Positions 62,491 to 64,000 of a stretch of DNA of 64,000 nt are shown here, piece by piece (the stretch's first letter is position 1; each line of letters begins with the position of its first letter). Under the pieces are notes generated by a model, which did no database searches, was not told the origin of the DNA, and saw only the letters and a list, made by a program, of their open reading frames with translations. The translations under genes and the position numbers were made by a program. The stretch is from Camelus ferus (lineage: Eukaryota), in contig NC_045696.1 in NCBI RefSeq assembly GCF_009834535.1, forward strand, positions 15,688,001-15,752,000, in the 5' to 3' direction.

Positions 62491-63263
62491 TTTTGTTGTT
62501 TTGTTTTGTTTACTTATTTATTTTATTGAGGTCGAGTTGTTTACAGTGTTATATTAGATTCAGGTGTACAACATACTGATTCAAAATTGTTATAGATTTA
62601 TATTATATTTAAAGTTATTATAAGATATTGGCTATATTCTCTGTGCTGTACAATATACCCTTGTAGCTTATTTGTTTTATACATAGTAGTTTGTATCTCT
62701 TAATTCTCTACCCCTATCTGGCCTCTCCCCTTTCCTCTCCCCACTGGTAACCACTAGTTTGTTCTCTGTATCTGTGAGTCTACTTCTGTTTTGTTATATT
62801 TACTTAATTGCTTTATTTTGTATATCCCCCATATAAGTGATAACATACAGTATTTGTCTTTCTCTGTCTGACTTATTTCACTAAGCATAATACCTTCCAT
62901 GTCCATCTATGTTGTTGCAAATGGCAAAATTCTTTTTTATGGCTGAGTATAGTATTCCATTGCTTATATATACCACATCTTTATCCATTCATCTGTTAAG
63001 GAACACTTAGGTTGCTTCCAAATATAGGCAATTGTAAATAATGCTGCTATGGGCATTGAGTGCATCTATCTTTTCGAATTAGTGGTTTCATTTTCTTTGT
63101 ACATATACTCAGGAATGGAATTGCTGGATCCTTTGGTATTTCTATTTTTGCTCCTTCGAGGGACTTCCATACTATTTTCCACAGTGGTTGCACTAATTTG
63201 TATTCCCACCAGCAGTATACAAATATTCCCTTTTCTCCACATCCTCGCCAACATTTGTTAATT
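62491..63263 (-). mobile_element. 5'-truncated cetartiodactyl L1, antisense in intron 2, with TSD
   Basis: T-rich tail, reverse L1 3' UTR and ORF2 end (ORF 63047-63304 [22 protein letters not shown]). TSD AAAGCCCACAGAAAT (62476-62490) / AAAGCCCACGGAAAT (63264-63278). Confidence 0.95.
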
Positions 63264-64000
63264 AAAGCCCACGGAAATATTACCCCAACTTCTTCTGAAG
63301 TCAAAAACTTAGCAGATCATAGTTTTCTTGATATGTTTACTGAACTTGCATTTTACTTTCAAAGTTACAAATCATTTCTTCCTGCTCTGTTCTGTTTTAC
63401 AAATCTTTGATATCCCAAGGTAGAGAGGTCCACGTCCCACTTGAGAAAACACCTTATTTATGTGCTTATTTAAATCAATTTAAATGATCTGTTTAAACTT
63501 TCATTCTTGAGAATTGAACAAGATAAACCATCTTTAATTTTGTTAGAAGTATCATGTTAACTAGAAAGTAGAAACTTCATAGGGCAGCTGTTTGCCTGAG
63601 CTGTCACTCATTAACTTTCCCACCCTGGAATTAAACTGATAGTTGTTTATTAGTATCTTTCTATGAAAGTAAATAAAGAAATAAGCTGCTTAAAGGAAAG
63701 AGAGTGATGTGAGTGCTGCTTTAAACTGGATGGTAAAGGGTGAGCAGATAAGGGGCCTGAAGACGTGATATTTGAGCAAAGAACTAAACAGGGAAGTCAG
63801 CCATGTGAATATTTTGACCAAATCCACTTCACCAGAGACTTTAAACAGCATGTGATAAATGAGAAAATAGAACTTCAAAAATAAAATATTTCAAAATAGC
63901 ATGAATATCTTACATATGTAATAAAACAGATTATGTAATTTTAACATAAAATTATTTGCCAAATTAGTAAACTAAGCACAGACCAGGAGTTATAGTAGAG

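Overview
Mammalian genomic DNA, most likely a camelid. This rests on a tRNA-Ala-derived Vic-1-type SINE, cetartiodactyl-style L1 3' ends, and my not seeing Bov-B, PRE1 or Alu. The only gene I can support is the 5' end of CYYR1 on the + strand: a CpG-island promoter near 38.0-38.65 kb, coding exon 1 (38402-38474) and exon 2 (43398-43500). The rest of the window to 64 kb is intron 2, and the first ~38 kb is repeat-rich upstream DNA (L1, L2, MIR, MaLR/ERVL LTRs, hAT and Tigger fossils). The most notable details are: a tail-less U5 snRNA retrocopy truncated in loop I and flanked by target-site duplications (TSDs); a strong-context uORF and other upstream ATGs in the CYYR1 leader; an L1 with a probable short 3' transduction; an inverted MER21 pair in intron 2; several near-perfect small tandem duplications; and two divergent CTCF-like motifs. 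I found no convincing evidence of a wholly new biological system. Repeat family names come from recalled consensus sequences, not a search, and their boundaries are approximate.
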